Assembly (NCBI GenBank): GCA_963842525.1 | Contig: CAWJGT010000003.1 | Span: forward strand, 256,001-320,000 | Origin: an uncultured Holophagales bacterium | GTDB lineage: Bacteria > Acidobacteriota > Thermoanaerobaculia > Multivoradales > UBA5704 | Length of the DNA: 64,000 nt | Reading direction: 5' to 3' | Part shown: one piece after another, positions 62,717 through 64,000 of the stretch | Layout of the letters: each line of letters begins with the position of its first letter | Numbering within the stretch: the stretch's first letter is position 1 | The notes under the pieces: model-generated | The model's database searches: none | Told to the model about the DNA's origin: nothing | Seen by the model: the letters and a program-made list of their open reading frames with translations, nothing else | Position numbers and translations under genes: made by a program

Positions 62717-63697
62717 ATGCTTTGGAAAGGTTTTCAGCGCCCCAAGCGCATCGAAGTCGATCACGAGACACTGACGCAGACGTTCGGCCGCTTTACCGCG
62801 CAGCCGTTCGAGCGTGGCTTCGCCACCACGATCGGCAACGCCCTGCGCCGGTGCCTGCTTTCCTCGATCGAGGGTGCCGCGATCACCGCGGTCCACATCG
62901 AGGGTGTGCTGCACGAGTTCTCGTCTCTGCCCGGCGTGGTGGAAGACGTGACGGACACGATCCTCAACCTGAAGCAGGTCGCGATCCACCTGCACAGCGA
63001 GGAGCCCAAGGTGCTCTCGATCGATGTCGAGGGGCCGGGCAAGGTGATCGCCGGACAGATGACCGAGGATCCGCAGATCGAGATCTTCGATCCGAACGTC
63101 CACATCGCCACCCTGAACGAAGAGGCCCGTCTGAAAATGCAGGTCCAGGTCAAGCGTGGCCGCGGCTACGTCTCGGCCGACCGCAACTTCGACGAGTCGA
63201 TGGGCATCGGCTGGATCCCGGTCGACTCGGCGCACAGCCCGGTCCGGCGGGTCAACTACCGGGTCGAGGCGGCGCGCCTCGGCCAGACCACCGACTACGA
63301 GCGTCTCGTCCTCGAGGTCTGGACCAACGGCACGGTCAGCCCGGAGGAGGCGGTGTCGCTCGCGTCCATGCTGCTCAAGGACCACCTCGGCATCTTCATC
63401 CAGTCCGAGGAGAGCCTGCGGCACGACGGCGCCGAGCGGAGCCGTGAGGAGCTGGCGGGCCTCGACGCCCTGCTCGCCAAGAATATCGACGAGCTCGACC
63501 TGTCGGTCCGCTCGGCGAACTCGTTGAAAAACGCCAACATCCACACGCTGCGCGACCTGGTGCGCCGGACCGAGAAGGACATGCTGGAGACCAAGAACTT
63601 CGGCAAGAAGTCCCTCGAGGAGGTGCAGGAGGTCCTGGACAAGCTGGGCCTTGCGCTCGGCATGGACGTGGTGGACCGGCCTGCGGCTTCGGCCTGA
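62717..63697 (+). CDS. rpoA: DNA-directed RNA polymerase subunit alpha
   Basis: PFERGF.TTIGNALRR, LSVRSAN.L, NFGKKSL. Confidence 0.99.
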   Translation: MLWKGFQRPKRIEVDHETLTQTFGRFTAQPFERGFATTIGNALRRCLLSSIEGAAITAVHIEGVLHEFSSLPGVVEDVTDTILNLKQVAIHLHSEEPKVLSIDVEGPGKVIAGQMTEDPQIEIFDPNVHIATLNEEARLKMQVQVKRGRGYVSADRNFDESMGIGWIPVDSAHSPVRRVNYRVEAARLGQTTDYERLVLEVWTNGTVSPEEAVSLASMLLKDHLGIFIQSEESLRHDGAERSREELAGLDALLAKNIDELDLSVRSANSLKNANIHTLRDLVRRTEKDMLETKNFGKKSLEEVQEVLDKLGLALGMDVVDRPAASA

Positions 63698-63709
63698 GGA
63701 GAGCAGATC

Positions 63710-64000
63710 ATGCGTCACGCTGTCAGAGGCAGGAAGCTGGGGCGGACCTCGTCCCATCGCGAAGCCCTGTTCCGCAACCAGCTCCAGTCGCTCGTGATCA
63801 GCGAGCGGATCATCACCACGCTGCCCAAGGCCAAGGAGCTGCGTCCGATCGCCGAAAGGGTGATCACCCGCGGCAAGCACGGCACCGTGCACGACCGCCG
63901 CTGGGTGCTGCGCTGGGTGCTCAAGCGCGACCTCGTCAAAAAGGTCTTCGATGAGATCGCGCCGCGCTTCACCGAGCGTCCGGGCGGCTACCTGAGGATC
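63710..64000 (+). CDS. rplQ: 50S ribosomal protein L17 (3'-truncated)
   Basis: MRH...[30 protein letters not shown]. Confidence 0.98.
   Translation, partial: MRHAVRGRKLGRTSSHREALFRNQLQSLVISERIITTLPKAKELRPIAERVITRGKHGTVHDRRWVLRWVLKRDLVKKVFDEIAPRFTERPGGYLRI

Overview
High-GC bacterial window, most likely Acidobacteriota (inferred from the RpoA N-terminus MLWKGFQRPKR, the CxxC-bearing L24 and the ECF/CHAT gene content). Single-base indels are frequent and even break the essential rplB, so most frameshifts are probably read errors. 1-9.2 kb: co-directional cluster of three clan CD cysteine proteases (TPR-CHAT, caspase C14, CHAT-NACHT-pentapeptide) with a 44-aa peptide gene missed by the ORF track and two orphan genes. 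9.3-14.6 kb: BlaI/M56 pair, an MgtC/DUF4010 gene with a decayed paralog, a toxin-antitoxin remnant and repeats. 14.7-24.0 kb: a partly AT-richer island with a vanadium haloperoxidase, a trypsin-like protease, an orphan gene, a membrane-anchored TPR-CHAT protease, an ECF sigma and a zf-HC2 anti-sigma; three of its upstream regions share one motif (AA-N11-CGTCCGTC), which suggests a single protease-controlled ECF regulon. 24.4-43.8 kb: transport, metabolic and stress genes, two TA-like pairs, marR-arsM and a candidate sigma54-dependent sRNA. 44-64 kb: the str/S10/spc/alpha ribosomal superoperon. A ~55-bp REP-like repeat recurs directly after stop codons and once in frame inside a CDS. Family calls come from motif recognition only; no database search was run.
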